Source: Callorhinchus milii (taxonomy: Eukaryota). From it: a stretch of DNA of 64,000 bases. A program made the position numbers and the translations under genes. This document shows, in pieces, positions 62,830 through 64,000 of this stretch. The stretch is taken from positions 49,850,001 to 49,914,000 of the forward strand of contig NW_024704742.1 in NCBI RefSeq assembly GCF_018977255.1. Reading direction: 5' to 3'. The notes beneath the pieces were generated by a model. The model was not told the origin of the DNA and did no database searches. It was given only the letters and a program-made list of their open reading frames with translations. Each line of letters begins with the position of its first letter. Within the stretch, counting starts at the first letter, position 1.

Positions 62830-63306
62830 TTGTAGGCAGAAAGACTGAAGGCCCAACTGCCGATGGTGGAGCCAGCCAGTCAGGGGACGTGGGGCAGGCT
62901 GGAACCTACTGAGCAGAGGGAGCAGCCTGATTGATATGGGATCAGCAGGTCGCAGAGTTAGAGAGGAGCAAGGCCGTGGAGGACCTTGAAGGCAAGGACG
63001 AGGATTTTGAACTCTATCTTCTGGGTGATGGGGAGCCAGTGGAGCGAGCCAGATGAAGGTTGGGGTGATGGGGTCATGGAGCCTGGTATGGGAAAGGACA
63101 CAAGTTGCAGAATTCTGGATGATCTGCAGCTTGTGGAGGGAAGAGTTGGGAAGCAGAGAGTTGGCGTAGTCGAGCCTAGATGTGATGAATAATGGAAGAG
63201 GATTTCAACGGCCTGAGGGTTGAGGCAGTAGCGGAGTCGGGCGATGTTGCAGAGGTGTGGAAGGCAGAGCGGGTCATGGCAAGGATGTGGAGTAGAAAGG
63301 ACAGTT
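62830..63306 (-). mobile_element. L2 ORF2 3' fragment
   Basis: gaccttgaaggcaaggacgaggattttgaactctatc...gcgtagtcgagcctagatgtg. Confidence 0.88.
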
Positions 63307-63715
63307 ACACATGTAGAAACCTATCACCATATTAAGGGAATCCAAACCACATTGAGAGTTCTATGCATCCCACCTACACATAGAAATCCCTGTATATTGG
63401 AATGGAAGCATTCTCTCTCCCGAGATAGCTACATCTTGCTTACCTAATACTAGAGAATTTGAATTCTGACAAAGGGTCATGGACCCGAAACGTTGACTCA
63501 CTTTCCTTTCTCCATAGATGCTGCCTGACCTGCTGAGTTTTCCCAGCTCTCTCTGTTTTTGTACCAGAGAATATTAGGCTGGCAAGAACCAAAGCTTGGG
63601 GTCACCAGAGTTTGTATTGGGAGTACTGCTAGAGTTAACCAGCTAAAATCGTGCAGCTTGCCATTGAAAGCATTACGTGGCAAGCTTCCCGCTGCTTCTC
63701 CAGCCAGAACCTAGT
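63307..63715 (+). repeat. family X repeat interrupted by a Penelope-like end
   Basis: cacatgtagaaacctatcaccatattaagggaatccaaacc...; the 3' part gcttgccattgaaagcattacgtggcaagcttccc matches 36684-36718. Confidence 0.7.
63459..63565 (+). mobile_element. Penelope-like element terminal fragment
   Basis: tctgacaaagggtcatggacccgaaacgttgac...gatgctgcctgacctgctgag; flanked by agagaat on both sides. Confidence 0.75.
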
Positions 63716-64000
63716 ATTTAGACAACCCAGCATTCTCATAGCAGGCGTCTTGCAGAGTTCACTGTAACAAGCAATCCAGCTACCCTGAAGTGCTGCATGT
63801 TAGCTTAAATTGAAAAACACTGAAGTCGTTTTCAGCAACAGCACTTCTTAACAGAATATGATACTATTATTTACCCTGGAAAAGTGCAATTTTAAAATTA
63901 GTGGACATAATAAAATTTGATTTCTGGGACCATTTATCAACTGTAATAAAATTAGTCTATCAACAATTTGTTTGTTTATTAAACTCAAGTTGACCCGTTT

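Noticed and set aside
1..64000. CRISPR array, operons, rRNA
   Set aside because: Eukaryotic repeat landscape; recurring motifs are dispersed SINE/LINE tails, not regularly spaced repeats.

Overview
This is AT-rich, repeat-dense vertebrate genomic DNA, not prokaryotic. The repeat set (L2 and CR1 LINEs, tRNA-headed SINEs with L2-type tails, Deu-domain SINEs, a shark-type Penelope end) points to a cartilaginous fish, most likely a holocephalan such as Callorhinchus. That assignment is an inference. I found no convincing host protein-coding exon; nearly all ORFs in the track are repeat-derived or spurious, so the window looks like a large intron or gene desert. Four signals stand out. (1) A minus-strand endogenous retrovirus-like relic at about 34170-35050 has a GPF-type integrase C-terminus, followed by a splice acceptor and an ATG-less signal peptide leading into a degenerate env with a fusion-peptide-like segment. 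(2) A plus-strand 560-bp LTR at 43261-44169 has a tRNA-Arg primer-binding site and a gag start, joined to a more decayed partial LTR. Both relics resemble snakehead-retrovirus-like ERVs. (3) A 102-nt near-perfect palindrome lies at 25990-26091. (4) An unclassified old interspersed repeat has at least 7 copies. Several nested insertions with target-site duplications give a relative order of repeat activity. Boundaries were read by eye and are approximate unless stated.
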